Of a stretch of 64,000 nt of DNA, positions 1 through 10,800 are shown one piece after another. The notes below the pieces were generated by a model, which did no database searches, had not been told where the DNA came from, and saw only the letters and a list, made by a program, of their open reading frames with translations. Source of the DNA: Myxococcota bacterium (lineage in GTDB: Bacteria; Myxococcota_A; UBA796; GCA-2862545); contig JBCCQY010000006.1 in assembly GCA_039208735.1 (NCBI GenBank), positions 44,475-108,474 on the forward strand, in the 5' to 3' direction. Every line of letters begins with the position of its first letter. The stretch's first letter is position 1. A program made the position numbers and the translations under genes.

Positions 1-942
1 GGGAAGGCTGACTTGTTCGGTTGAGCCGAGTTCGACGGACTCCCCGTCGGCCAACCGTCGGAGCTGTCCGGACCGAATCTGTCGAATGGACCCTGTCCCA
101 AGGACGGTCCACCGTCGTTCGGCCAGAAGCTGCGTGTGCGCATCGAGGGTCGCTTCGGCCTGAAGATCCAGCCAGCCCATGTAGGTCGGCCGGGCGCGTT
201 TGCCGTCTCCGATGCGAGGTAGGCGCGGGACGTCGAAGACCGCGGTGATCGACTTGCCCACGGTCTTGGCGCCTCGCCAGGTCGTTCGCCGATGTTCGAA
301 ACGCGTTCGCGGCGGGGTCAGAACGTGCTTCTTGATGCGGCTTGCCGTCCGGACGGCCCAGGTCGCGTTCTTGGACACGAGTTCGTGGACCGCAGGGTCG
401 GGATAGAGGGTCGCCTTGCGGAGGTGGAGGTCAAGGAGTGGCTCATTTTGAGTTTGCCATTGAGCCCCTAAACGCCACCCATCTGGCGGCGCAGGCAAAT
501 GGAACCCGCTGAAGGCATCGCCGAGCAGGGTGGCTGAGAGTTCTGCAGGGCCGATCTGGGGATCGGCCAGGACGACCCACCCCGGAGCGGGGAATTCCAC
601 CAGAACGGGCGTCGATCGAAGCTGAGCCTGCACCTGTTGCAACGTCCGATCGATGCGAAGCCGGTCCGCTGGTCGTTGCCAATGGTCGTAGGTGGCGAGT
701 CGAAGGGCGACGTCCTCCACCCGACACCACGCCGCGCTGGGTCGTTCCGTGTCAGCCCTGCAGTCGACTACGGCTTCGATCTGCCACGCTGGTGTGACGA
801 ATTCACGTTGCTGATGTTGGATGACCAGCGGTGCATTGACCTCGACGGTCTCACTCGCCACCCACCATCGACCCTCGATCCAATCGGGACCTGAAGCGGA
901 AGGAGGAGCCGCGAATCCAACGACGGAAAACATCCACCACAT
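1..942 (-). CDS. Hypothetical exported protein, 3' end runs off the window (partial)
   Basis: Hand translation: ATG at 942 (MWWMFSVVGFAAPPSASGPDWIEGRWW...) stays open to base 1. Absent from the ORF track because no stop lies in the window. Confidence 0.65.
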   Translation of the reverse strand, partial: MWWMFSVVGFAAPPSASGPDWIEGRWWVASETVEVNAPLVIQHQQREFVTPAWQIEAVVDCRADTERPSAAWCRVEDVALRLATYDHWQRPADRLRIDRTLQQVQAQLRSTPVLVEFPAPGWVVLADPQIGPAELSATLLGDAFSGFHLPAPPDGWRLGAQWQTQNEPLLDLHLRKATLYPDPAVHELVSKNATWAVRTASRIKKHVLTPPRTRFEHRRTTWRGAKTVGKSITAVFDVPRLPRIGDGKRARPTYMGWLDLQAEATLDAHTQLLAERRWTVLGTGSIRQIRSGQLRRLADGESVELGSTEQVSLP

Positions 943-1162
943 GACCAGCCCCAACGGGTTTCCTCTTGTCTTGTGTTGCAGGGGCTGCCGCTGTTCACTC
1001 ATTGCGCTTCCACCCGGCGGATGGGATGATCAGCGGCAAGCGAAGCTTGCGCGAGTCTGATCACCGCTGGTCTTCGTCGCTACGCGCCTGCAAGCTGAAA
1101 TGCGAAAGTGCCACAACGACAAGGCCACTCAGGTTAGGCCCACGGCTCATCATGAGGTGTGG

Positions 1163-3346
1163 ATGATCTGGCGTTGGTTCGTGGCACTCGGAGGGCTTGT
1201 GGGATGTGACGACCCGGCACCTCCGATTCTCGCCTTCGAGTCTGGTACGACGAGTGAACTTGGTCCGTTGCACCTCCGGGGCCCTTCTGAAGACCTTCTC
1301 GTCTTTGGCTTCGACGAGGAGTTGGGCTTCGAGGCGCTGATTGAGGAGCGACTGGAATCCACCGAGATTGCGGATGTGATCATCGATGACCAGGTTCTTG
1401 ATGGGGAAACGGCCATTCGGCTTGGCGGGGAGGTCGGAACCCTGGCCATCGAGATCGATCGGCCTGAACTCGTAGGACGCCGGACTGAGTTTCGATTTTG
1501 GCAGCGGCCAGAAGGTACCCGGATCGAGGCCCAACTGCACTGGATCGTGGGCGACGTACCGGTCGAAGAGGATCTATGGGCTCCCTTCGTCCTTTCGGCG
1601 TTGCGGCAGCAAGGGCGGATCGTCAATCTCGGTGTGATCGAGTTTCTGCCCACAGGGCGCCGGACCCCTCAAGGATGGGAGGAGTGGACCTCGGGGCCCG
1701 TCGACTTTGCATTTGGTGGGGTGGCCCATCTCACGCCGCTCCTCGTGTTTCGTGATGTTGCCATGGACCACGCTTCGCGGACTGGTGGCGTGATTCGGAC
1801 CAGCCGGACCGCGGTGTTGGATGCGTTGCAAGTCGTCGACCTTGGCAAAGCCGCCGTCCCGGAGCGAACCTGCCGCCTCGCCGACGAGGCATCTCGCTGT
1901 GGCCGCAAAGGCGCCTGTGCGCTCGGTCGATGCGTAGATGCCGCCGCCCGCTTTGGGCGCTTTCCGAGCGATGAGGGGGTTCGTACCGACCTGTCCGAGC
2001 GTCGGGCCCGGGAGCTCGACCATTGGTCGGGGTCTCGCCAGCCTCGCGACGAGACCTTGGCCGAATCCGTTGAAGCCATTCGGGACTTGGGGGCGCCCCG
2101 GACGACCGCACGAACGTGGTGGCTCGAAATTGCCGCGGCGTTTCGTGACCTGCAAGACGGCCACAGCGTGCATGGTCGTTCTCTGGCCCCCTACGGGAGT
2201 GGCGGCCTTTGCCTCGACCTCGGCGAGGCGGATCTGCTCCGGCTCGAAGAGCCGCATCCCTTGGTGACCCACCACTTCGGCACGGCCCCCTGGGAGGGGG
2301 TCATCGCACTGGGTGACGTTCTCGTAGAAGTCGATGGCGAACCTGCCAACCGCTGGCTCGAAGACCACTCCACCCCTCTCGTGGGGAGCACTGGCCGGTC
2401 GGGCTTTCAGCAGGTTTCGGACGTGACGCGGAGCATGTCGGCCGCGGTGGCTGCGGGATCGTTGTTGACCTTCGAGCGCTGTCCGAACGTGGCGCCTTGC
2501 GAGGATACGGCACGGCGCGTAGAGGTCGATCTTGCCGAGGTGGCCGCTGGAGTCTGGGAACCGGACGCCGAGATTCCGCCCCTCCTTGTGCCTCCCCCTC
2601 GTGCGTGTGACCACCGGCTGGATCCAGTCGTCGCCAACGATGAATCGCGGGCTCGGCAGACGTTCGACTTCGGCCGCAGACGTCGGGTTCCCGTCCTTCA
2701 GCTGAATGGCTTCGCCGACCCCTTCGTCGCTGACGTCGTCCTAGGTGCGGTGGAAGACGCTTTGGTGATCGATGCTCGCGCCGGGGCTGGAGGCAGCATC
2801 TTGGCCGAACTGTCCTTGGCGGGGCTCTTCACGTCGGAAGCCGACATGCTGGGCATCCGCTTTGACCCGTGGTTCGAGCGCCAACCGGACGAGGCCAAGT
2901 TGGCGGCATGCGTACGAGACGGTGATTGGTGCTTTGGAAGTGATTATTTCGGGTTCGAGATTAGTGTCTCCGAGCTTGCTGTCCTTCGCGACATCGATGT
3001 CGTGTTGCTGAACCACCGTGCGGTCTCCGCCAACGATCTGCTTTCGTTGCACCTTCAGGAGCGATGCACCGGTGACCCTGCGACCTGCGGAACCACCACC
3101 TTGATTGGGGGCGCGGACAGTGCCGGCGGCTTCTCGCCTCCTCTGACCGGACCGGGCTACCTCGGCAGCGACCGCGGTGCGGGGTTGACGCCCTATGACA
3201 CGAAGCTGATCTACAGCGAGGAATTGGCGAGCGACTATCTGGTTGGAACGCCCGTCATGATGGACGAATATGTCCTGCAGACCCAGAGTGACGCCATGAA
3301 CGGCGTGGACACCCAGCTCGAAGCTGCCCTGGAGGCCATCCCATGA
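1163..3346 (+). CDS. S41-family (tail-specific/tricorn-like) peptidase lipoprotein with PDZ-like and Cys-rich segments
   Basis: Lipobox LVGC after MIWRWFVALGG; FRDLQDGHS; PDZ-like GDVLVEVDG; LVIDARAGAGGS (S41 IDLRxNxGG-like); AVSAND putative catalytic Ser. Confidence 0.65.
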   Translation: MIWRWFVALGGLVGCDDPAPPILAFESGTTSELGPLHLRGPSEDLLVFGFDEELGFEALIEERLESTEIADVIIDDQVLDGETAIRLGGEVGTLAIEIDRPELVGRRTEFRFWQRPEGTRIEAQLHWIVGDVPVEEDLWAPFVLSALRQQGRIVNLGVIEFLPTGRRTPQGWEEWTSGPVDFAFGGVAHLTPLLVFRDVAMDHASRTGGVIRTSRTAVLDALQVVDLGKAAVPERTCRLADEASRCGRKGACALGRCVDAAARFGRFPSDEGVRTDLSERRARELDHWSGSRQPRDETLAESVEAIRDLGAPRTTARTWWLEIAAAFRDLQDGHSVHGRSLAPYGSGGLCLDLGEADLLRLEEPHPLVTHHFGTAPWEGVIALGDVLVEVDGEPANRWLEDHSTPLVGSTGRSGFQQVSDVTRSMSAAVAAGSLLTFERCPNVAPCEDTARRVEVDLAEVAAGVWEPDAEIPPLLVPPPRACDHRLDPVVANDESRARQTFDFGRRRRVPVLQLNGFADPFVADVVLGAVEDALVIDARAGAGGSILAELSLAGLFTSEADMLGIRFDPWFERQPDEAKLAACVRDGDWCFGSDYFGFEISVSELAVLRDIDVVLLNHRAVSANDLLSLHLQERCTGDPATCGTTTLIGGADSAGGFSPPLTGPGYLGSDRGAGLTPYDTKLIYSEELASDYLVGTPVMMDEYVLQTQSDAMNGVDTQLEAALEAIP

Positions 3347-3999
3347 GCCGTCTACCCTGGATCCTGGCTCTGCTGATTGCGTGTGGCCGCGACCCTCATA
3401 CCGATTTTGTTACCCCGCAAGGCGCACTCGATTTGGGCACGGGGTTGGAAACCGAGGGGCCCATCGATAATCTGGTACTAAACCCAAATTTCACGTTGCC
3501 GATTTTCGTTAATGGGGTCGGCGTAACCTCCTTTACCTGGGACATCGTCCACGACGTCGACACCCCAAACGGTCAGCCTGCGATCGACGCCAGTAGTTCG
3601 ACGACCCTGTTGTTCCGTATGGTGAGAAGCCCCATGCAGGCCGAGGTGTGGATCTCGGGCACGGTCGCGAAGCCTACGCTTGAACAGGGCGTGGTTCTCT
3701 TCACCGATATCGAGACGCTCGAAGATCAGGAAGTCGAGCTTCTTCCTTCGGAAGAGCGCATTATCCGGGGTCGACGGTGGACTCGTTATTCCGCTGGCCT
3801 TCCGCCTGGAGACGGGCATGGCATGATCGTGATTCCGGGCATCGAAGGAGAGGACCCCCGAATTTGTGCCCCTGTTGTGCGAGTGACCGACGGAGAGGAC
3901 GGTTTGACGGGCGCGCGCGTGTTGCCGAGTCGGCCCGCGGCTCCCCGGTGGCGCTCGCTGTACCGCAGCCATCGACCGACCGAGTTGGGGCTTGAGTGA
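3343..3999 (+). CDS. Hypothetical lipoprotein
   Basis: MSRLPWILALLIAC lipobox; ATGA overlap with the upstream stop. Confidence 0.75.
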   Translation: MSRLPWILALLIACGRDPHTDFVTPQGALDLGTGLETEGPIDNLVLNPNFTLPIFVNGVGVTSFTWDIVHDVDTPNGQPAIDASSSTTLLFRMVRSPMQAEVWISGTVAKPTLEQGVVLFTDIETLEDQEVELLPSEERIIRGRRWTRYSAGLPPGDGHGMIVIPGIEGEDPRICAPVVRVTDGEDGLTGARVLPSRPAAPRWRSLYRSHRPTELGLE

Positions 4000-4527
4000 G
4001 CAGGCCAATCAAGGGACCCATCGCAATCCGCTTTGCGCCTCCGCAGAACGTGGGCCAGCCGCACTTTGTCGATGGGGGCACCATTCGGTTCTTGGGACCC
4101 AGCACGGTTGAGGTCACGGGGCGTGTGGATGGAAGGCGGGGCTTCCTTCGACGCCAGCGGCTTCTCCTCGCCCTTCTGGTGCCACCTCCGTTGCTGCTCG
4201 TCGGGGGCGTTGACCGTGCTGTTGGTTCAGTACGGTGACGTTGACGATTTCCTGTATGTCGGGCCGATCCTCGTGTCGGGCGCGTTCGCAGGTGCGGCTT
4301 GGATCCTCCGAATGCGGCCGCCGGTGTGCCGAATTCGCTTCGACGACATTGGGCCGTTGCACGTGGTGGACCTGTACGCATCGGGCGGCGGCGCAATGTC
4401 GGGCGGTATCCCTACCGATTACCCGCTTCTGGTTTCGTTTGCGCCGGCGCGTGCGTCGGCCGATGATCCACCTCACGTTAGGTTCGAGGTGGATCGGGCG
4501 GCGTTTCGGGGCGTGCCACGAAGCTAG
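3996..4527 (+). pseudogene. Two-TM membrane protein interrupted by a 1-nt frameshift (pseudogene or sequencing error)
   Basis: ORF 3996-4238 and the frame of ORF 4033-4527 join into one 176 aa protein (...LLVPPPLLLVGALTVLLVQYGDVDDFLYVGPILVSG...) if one G is removed from GGGGG at 4203-4207. Confidence 0.55.
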
Positions 4528-6242
4528 GGGTGCAGGTACCGGAGCAGCAATCCGTCGTCCAGAGCAGCAACGTTGCAGCTATACTCGAGGGCAAATGGAC
4601 CCAGGGCTTGGCCCTGAAGTCCGGCGGTGGCATTTCCGCCGTTCGAGAAGATCCCCCCGGCGTTGCCATCGACGTAGCAAACTTCGAGGTCGCCCGATTC
4701 TCGAACCACGGCTCTCACGTCGATGGTCGAGCCGTCGGCATGGGGAACGCGCCACTGCACAGCGAATTGTCGTTCGGGTGCCAATCCGGTGGACCGAACC
4801 CATACATCGCCTCTCGACGGTTCCAACTCATCCCACCAGGCAAACAACGTACGGCGCGGTAGCGCCCCCGGGAGGCAGACGTTTCCTGCCGCAAGCGGAC
4901 CGTTGTTCTCGAACGAGAGCGCCCCCCTACTTTCGACGAACACCGATGAAACGCGCTTGCCATACACGTCGACTTCGAAGCCGAGCGGTACCTCCACATT
5001 CCCGCCCGTGGGAAGATCGAGGCGGTCATTGGCCGTCAGGTTGGGGCACGGCAGGTTGGCCGGCCTCTCTTCGCACAGCGTGTACCCAAATCCGTCTCGC
5101 CCAAGGACGGTGCAGCCTTCCTGATCGTGACTGGCCGCGATGCAGTTCGGATCGTTTGGAAAGTCGGCCTGCCCATCGCCATCGTTGTCGACTCCATCTG
5201 CACAGCCCGGAGGCACGAACGGGTCGTCTTCGGTGGTATCGTCCGGGGTGGCGCACCCGGGCTCCCTCGGCCAGTCGGTGAGGCCATCGCCGTCGTTGTC
5301 GAGCCCATCCGAGCAGGCTTGATGCGCAGCTCCGCATTGCTCGACGAATTCAACGGTCAAGAGTTGGGTGACCGCATCGGTCCAAATCGTTCGACTCGTG
5401 GTGTCGTACATCCATGCATCGACTTCGATTCCGTCGTCTCGAACGTCCATCGTCGAAATCGCGGGGATGCCGTCGATCGGGAACTGGTTCGTATTGCCAG
5501 GAGGAAACACTTCAATGGACAAGGGGCCAATGCACGCGTCACAGCCATCAGGGACGCCATCGAAGTCGCTGTCCACGCTATCATCGGAGTCTGGGCACCG
5601 ATCGCATGTATCAACGATGCCGTCCTCATCAGTGTCTGGACCGTTCACAAGCACACAGACGTCACAGGCATCGGGAACTCGGTCCGCGTCGATGTCTGGA
5701 CCCAGGGTCATGCAAGAATCACAGGCGTCGGGCACCCCATCGCCATCGGCATCCTGGGCGTCGTCTCCCCCTAGACAGGCATCACACCCATCCGGAATCC
5801 CGTCCGCATCCAGATCGTCGAAGGGAGGTTGTCCGCACACCCCCGTGGCTGTCAGCCGAACGTCGAGTTCCTCCTCTGCCTGGGTGATTCGAAGCCGAGC
5901 CTCAGCGCTTGCATAGTCGAGCGCATCGATGTCGAGTTCCACGACTGCGCTGTCGCCAACGCCAAGCGTCAAGGGTTGGCGGGGACTCAAGATGCGGAAC
6001 GTGACCGCATCGCCCAAGGGCTCGACGGTGGGGGCATCCAGCTGAATGGACGCTTCGCACCGATTGAAGACCGTGACGGAACCTTCCTCCGCCACGCCCA
6101 CGACGACTTCTCCAAAGTCGAGCGCGACCTGGGGGGTCTCGAGGCAGTCGCTGAGGTCGACCTCAGTACCCGGCGGTGGCTCGGGCTCTTGGGACCGGCA
6201 AGCGATGAGCCCCAAGACGAGGCATCCCCAAATACGAAGCAT
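4524..6242 (-). CDS. Surface lipoprotein: Ig-like (choice-of-anchor D/ASH-like) domain, 5 thrombospondin type-3-like repeats, Cys/Asp motifs, C-terminal NIDO-like beta domain
   Basis: MLRIWGCLVLGLIAC lipobox; LDFGEVVVG; DxDxDGVPDxCDxC repeats; ACSDGLDNDGDG; LGFEVDVYG...AWWDEL. Paralogue of 59273-63049. Confidence 0.75.
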   Translation of the reverse strand: MLRIWGCLVLGLIACRSQEPEPPPGTEVDLSDCLETPQVALDFGEVVVGVAEEGSVTVFNRCEASIQLDAPTVEPLGDAVTFRILSPRQPLTLGVGDSAVVELDIDALDYASAEARLRITQAEEELDVRLTATGVCGQPPFDDLDADGIPDGCDACLGGDDAQDADGDGVPDACDSCMTLGPDIDADRVPDACDVCVLVNGPDTDEDGIVDTCDRCPDSDDSVDSDFDGVPDGCDACIGPLSIEVFPPGNTNQFPIDGIPAISTMDVRDDGIEVDAWMYDTTSRTIWTDAVTQLLTVEFVEQCGAAHQACSDGLDNDGDGLTDWPREPGCATPDDTTEDDPFVPPGCADGVDNDGDGQADFPNDPNCIAASHDQEGCTVLGRDGFGYTLCEERPANLPCPNLTANDRLDLPTGGNVEVPLGFEVDVYGKRVSSVFVESRGALSFENNGPLAAGNVCLPGALPRRTLFAWWDELEPSRGDVWVRSTGLAPERQFAVQWRVPHADGSTIDVRAVVRESGDLEVCYVDGNAGGIFSNGGNATAGLQGQALGPFALEYSCNVAALDDGLLLRYLHP

Positions 6243-6324
6243 CACGTTCTCCCTGCGATTGACGAGAGAATACCTAAGGGGATTCCTCACGTCTACCGTC
6301 TCGAGGGCCTCCCCCCGGGCCGGA

Positions 6325-6801
6325 TCAGGAAGAGACGCGAAGGTCCTTTTTGTACAAAACCATCGCATCCCCGTCTTCGAAATAGTCGGGGATTCGAGCC
6401 ACTTCGCGATACCCGCCTCCCTCGTAGAACCGACGCGTCCCATCGTACTGGGTGGTTCCTGACGTCTCGATCAGCAACAATCGTTGGTTTTCAGAGCGAA
6501 GCTGGTCTTCGACGTAGGTCAATAAGCCCCGACCTCGGCCTGTTCCGCGTACCGTCTGCGAGACGACGATCATGGTGAGGTACCACACGCGATCGGTGGC
6601 TTCGCGTGGTTCAAAGAAGGCGACGCCGACTACTTCACCCGCTTCGTCATCGACCACCCAGCGCGCAGGCGATTGGCCTGCATCGAACCACTGTTGGGCC
6701 GAACCTGCAAGAAAGTCGTGAGCTTCTTCAGGAAACATCTGGCTGTCGATGGCCAGCCGAACCATGGCCGGGATGTCGGTTGGCTCCATCTTGCGGATCA
6801 T
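6325..6801 (-). CDS. GNAT family N-acetyltransferase
   Basis: MIRKMEPTD start after AGGAG; acetyl-CoA motif VRGTGRGRGLL; LIETSG...TRRFYEGGGY. Confidence 0.9.
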   Translation of the reverse strand: MIRKMEPTDIPAMVRLAIDSQMFPEEAHDFLAGSAQQWFDAGQSPARWVVDDEAGEVVGVAFFEPREATDRVWYLTMIVVSQTVRGTGRGRGLLTYVEDQLRSENQRLLLIETSGTTQYDGTRRFYEGGGYREVARIPDYFEDGDAMVLYKKDLRVSS

Positions 6802-7402
6802 CGAGCACTCCTGTGATGAGACCATCGCGGCGATGGTCGGCGTGCCCCGACGTAGCTGAAGGGGGTTTGGGGCTGCAAGTCCGACAGTTGGTCGATTCAC
6901 CGCGCAGCCGGAGTACCACGGCCGCCATCCCCCATCCCACCAACAGGAGGGCAAACGCGTCGAACCACCAGGGTGAGATGCCGAGTAACGTCGCCACTGC
7001 GAGGCCCGCCGGGGTCACACAACATAGAGCAAGGCCCGCCGCGCCCAACAGCGGCGGGACCGCAGGGCGCCACCAAGATCTACGGGGGGCTGAGTTCAGT
7101 TCGGGCAAGTCCGGAAGCCAGGAGGCGAGGAAGGCCTTGGTTCCCCTCGGTCCGCGAATGATGAGCTGGACCGGGCCTTGGTGAGCGGGAGCCCTCAGCT
7201 CGAAGTCTAGATCGCGGCAACACTGACGTTCTGCTTCGACGAGTTCAGCCAGCGCGAGCCATGCGGTCGCATCGGGAATCTCAAACCGTACCTTCCGGTC
7301 CGTGCCCGCGACTCGAGGCCGATGGAGGACCAGCTTTTCCTTGAGCCACGCACGGCGGGAGGGGGCTTCTGAATCCGGAAGGGAACACGATGGACCTGAC
7401 AT
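6728..7402 (-). CDS. Cys-motif protein (CSL...AERQCC) fused to a MerF/MerT-like two-helix membrane domain (ALCCVTP)
   Basis: AGGAGG RBS; N-terminal CSL and ERQCCRDLDFEL; then GLALCCVTPAGLAVATLLG resembling MerF ALCCFTP; CRTC tail. Confidence 0.6.
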   Translation of the reverse strand: MSGPSCSLPDSEAPSRRAWLKEKLVLHRPRVAGTDRKVRFEIPDATAWLALAELVEAERQCCRDLDFELRAPAHQGPVQLIIRGPRGTKAFLASWLPDLPELNSAPRRSWWRPAVPPLLGAAGLALCCVTPAGLAVATLLGISPWWFDAFALLLVGWGMAAVVLRLRGESTNCRTCSPKPPSATSGHADHRRDGLITGVLDDPQDGANRHPGHGSAGHRQPDVS

Positions 7403-7425
7403 CAAGCCTCCTGGGGTATGAGGCT

Positions 7426-7456
7426 ACCGTCACACTTCAAGTTCACTTTAAGTCAA
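7426..7456 (-). promoter_or_regulatory. MerR/SoxR-type promoter with 19-bp spacer and SoxR-box-like dyad
   Basis: Minus strand TTGACT-19 nt-GACGGT; dyad ACTTCAAGTTCACTTTAAGT (7434-7453) resembles the SoxR box CCTCAAGTTAACTTGAGG. Confidence 0.75.
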
Positions 7457-7465
7457 GGTCACGAG

Positions 7466-7873
7466 ATGTCCAGACGCGAGCTTCTCACGGTGGGAGATGT
7501 GGCCCAAGCCGCAGGAATGGCCCCTTCAGCCGTTCGCTATTACGAATCCATCGGGTTGTTGCCTCGGCCCGAGCGGCGCGGGGGGTGGCGTCGGTACGAC
7601 CCGTCGGTGGTTGAGCGCATTCGACTCATCCAGGCCGCTACCCGGGCGGGTTTTCGCCTCGAGGAGGCAAAGATCCTCCTCGATGCCATGGATGCTGGCG
7701 ATGTGAATCCGATGGCCGAGCTGGCTCGAGCCCGGTTGCCCGAACTCGAAGCGTCGCTCGCACGATTGCAGGGCATGGTGGCTCTCATGCGCATGGCTTC
7801 AGATTGTCGCTGCCCTTCGTTGGCCGACTGTGCGGAGCTTCTGACGCAAACTCCTGACGGGCCACCACGCTGA
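7466..7873 (+). CDS. MerR family regulator, SoxR-like
   Basis: LTVGDVAQAAGMAPSAVRYYESIGLL HTH; C-terminal CRCPSLADC. Confidence 0.9.
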   Translation: MSRRELLTVGDVAQAAGMAPSAVRYYESIGLLPRPERRGGWRRYDPSVVERIRLIQAATRAGFRLEEAKILLDAMDAGDVNPMAELARARLPELEASLARLQGMVALMRMASDCRCPSLADCAELLTQTPDGPPR

Positions 7874-7894
7874 CGAGGGCCACGGAACGAGCGT

Positions 7895-10800
7895 TCATGT
7901 GGTTGGTGAATCCACTTCGTCGAGCAGGCGTGCCGCAACTTGAAGCTCCTGCACGACCTCGGCCGATTCCAAAATCTCGAGGTCGCGCACCTTCGACCAT
8001 CCTTGGTCGAGCGCGGTCCGTCCTTTCTCAACGTCGCCCACCCGAGCCTCGAGCACCGCGTGGCAGGCGTGCAACGTCGCGAGTGCGGTGGGATCCTTGA
8101 TGCTTCCGATCAGCGCCTCACTCTGCGCAATCAAGGCTCGACCCGTCTCGATGTCGGATTGCAGGCGTGCGTTCAAGGCAAGCAGGTACCCAAATTCTCG
8201 TGGGCGGGAGCGCGGTCTCGTGAGCGCCACCGCATCGGTATACCGCTGGTTCGCTTCCTCGAACCGCTCTTGTCGTTCGTAGAGGCGTCCCAGAAAGCCG
8301 TAGGTCATTCCGGTCAGGGTCGCGTTGCTACCGGCCTCTGCCGTTTCAACCGCCTTGGTCAGCCAGGTCTCTGCTTCGTCGAGCCGACCCATCAAACGCA
8401 GCGTCGAACCAAGGTTCATCGCTGTGACACACAGGACTACGGGGCTTTTCAGGGTCTGGGCGCCCTTGTGGGCTCGCCGAAGCTGGGTCTCCGCCTCGGC
8501 GAGGCGACCGATGCGGAGGTCCAGTTCGCCGAGGTTTGCCGTCCAAACCACCTCACTGCTCCGATTTCCCGTCGCTCGGCTACGCTCGAGGGCCTCCTGA
8601 AAGCACGACGTCGCTTCTGCGAAATCTCCTTGTTGGATGGCGATGTTTCCGACGTTTCCAATCCAGTCGGGCAAGCCGCGCAAGTCTCCAACTTCACGAC
8701 ATTGGGCAATCGTACGTTGGTACCAGGTGCGGGCCTCGGACAAACGGCCCTGTTTTTGGCACATGGTGCCGTAGTGCCCGTAGAGCGTACCGATTTCGTT
8801 CGTTTCAGGCTCATCGGCATGCTCGGCGAGGGCCAATGCTTCCCGATAAAGGGTTTCGGCATCGTCGACCTCAGCTCGAAGGAGCGCGATTTTTCCCGCC
8901 CGCGCGAGGGGCAGGAGGAGCGTACTTGGGGAGCCGTCGCGTCGAGCGACTTCGAGCGCTTCGTCGAGGTAGGTTTGCGCAGCATCGATCTGCATTCGGC
9001 CACGGTTGAAGTCCGACAGGCTGCTGAGCGCGTACACGAGTTCAAACGTTGAGCCACTCGCCCGTGCGGCTTCGACGGCTTGCTGAATGAGGTCAGAGAA
9101 TCCCGGTGCGCCGGTGATGTGTCGGAGTTCGGCCGCGCCACGGAGCAGCGCGGCCCGAAAGGCGGGCTCGGTGAGGTGGTCGAGCAGGTGGTCGACGAAG
9201 GTGCGCCCAACCTCGAAGGGACCGAAGTGGCGGAACAATACCGAAGCCACCTGGGCACAACGGCCCGCCACGGCGTGGTCGCCTCGGGCGAGGGCTCGAT
9301 CGGTCGCAACCAAGAAGTTCTCGCGGTCCGCATCCAGTTCCCGCAAGGGCCGGTAGGCCCCTTTGCCGTCTCGAGACGGCATCAAGGTTTGCCGGTCGGC
9401 AAGTGACGCAAACCACACTCCATGGCGGATCGCAGCCGCTGCCCCGCCATCGTTCGTGCGGGGTTCGCCCGCCAGCTTGGCCGCCGCAAACTCCCGGACG
9501 CTGACCAACATTCGGAGCCGGTCTCCGTCCGTCATCACGAGGCCCTTGTTCGCGAGTTCGAAGATGACATCCTCAACCCAACCGGCCTCACTGCGGAGTT
9601 CGACCACTGCCTGGGCTGCCTCGAGCGTAAAGCCCCCCTCGAACAACGAGAGCTGGGCGAGCGCGAACCGCTGGTCTTCCGTCAGCAGCTCCCAGCTCCA
9701 CTGCAACGTCGCCCACAGGGTGCGCTGCCGCTCCGGGATGTCCTTGGTGGGGCTCTTGAGGACATCAAATCGCCGGGTCAGGCGTGAAAGCAAAGCGACC
9801 GGCGACAACAAACGGCTCCGCGCGGCCGCAAGTTCGATGGCGAGCGGAAGTCGATCGAGAAGGCGGACCAATCGCCGAACATCGGCCTGTTGTCCTTCGA
9901 GGGTGAACTGGGCGTTTGCTTCCCTGGCCCGCTCCGTGAACAGCGCCACTGCCTCTGCTTCATCGAGCAGCTCCAGGACGAATCCCTGCTCTCCGTAGAG
10001 TTCGAGAGGGGCGCGACTCGTGACGAGAACGTGCAGTTCCGGCACGCGGTTGAGCCACTGCCCGACCGTCTCGGCCGCATGCGTGACCACCTGTTCGAAG
10101 TTGTCGAGCACGAGGAGCGTAGGGCCTCGGCGAGTGAGCGTTTCGATAAGGCGGTCGTGGACGTCCCCGAGCAACGGCATTCCGAGGGCGCGGGCCGTCG
10201 CCTCGACGATGCCATCGGCTGTGCGCACATCGGCAAGTGAGACGAAGGGAATCCCCCCAGGCCAATCGGGCTCGATCCGGCGACCGAGTTCGACGGCAAG
10301 TCGGGTTTTGCCGAGCCCTCCTACGCCAAGAATGGTCACCAATCGGTTCGATGCGACTAGCGCCTGGACCTTCGCCAACGTCGATTGGCGGCCTACGAAT
10401 CGGTTCCGGTCGAACGAAGGGTACGCTCCTGAGGCGGGACTGGATGCCGGTTGGAGCGGGCGCTGCAGCAGCACGCCATCGGGAGCCTGCCAGAGGCGTC
10501 GAAGCGTGGCGCAGTTCTCGGGACGATTCGCAGGTAGGGACTGAAGGGCCGCGGCGATCGCGCCCCGCCATCGCTCGGGCAGGTCTTGGGGAATCGCAGG
10601 CCGCCGGCCGGACAGAACGGACTGGATGGTCTCGCCGTTGTCGCTTCCTGCGAAGGCCTCCCGGCCGGCCACGACCCGGTACAGCAGGCAGCCCAAGGAC
10701 CAAACGTCCGAACGCTCATCGACGGTACGTGCATCACGAATGTGCTCGGGTGCCATGTAGGCAAGCGTCCCGATCAGCGCGCCGGTCTGGGTCAGTCCCG

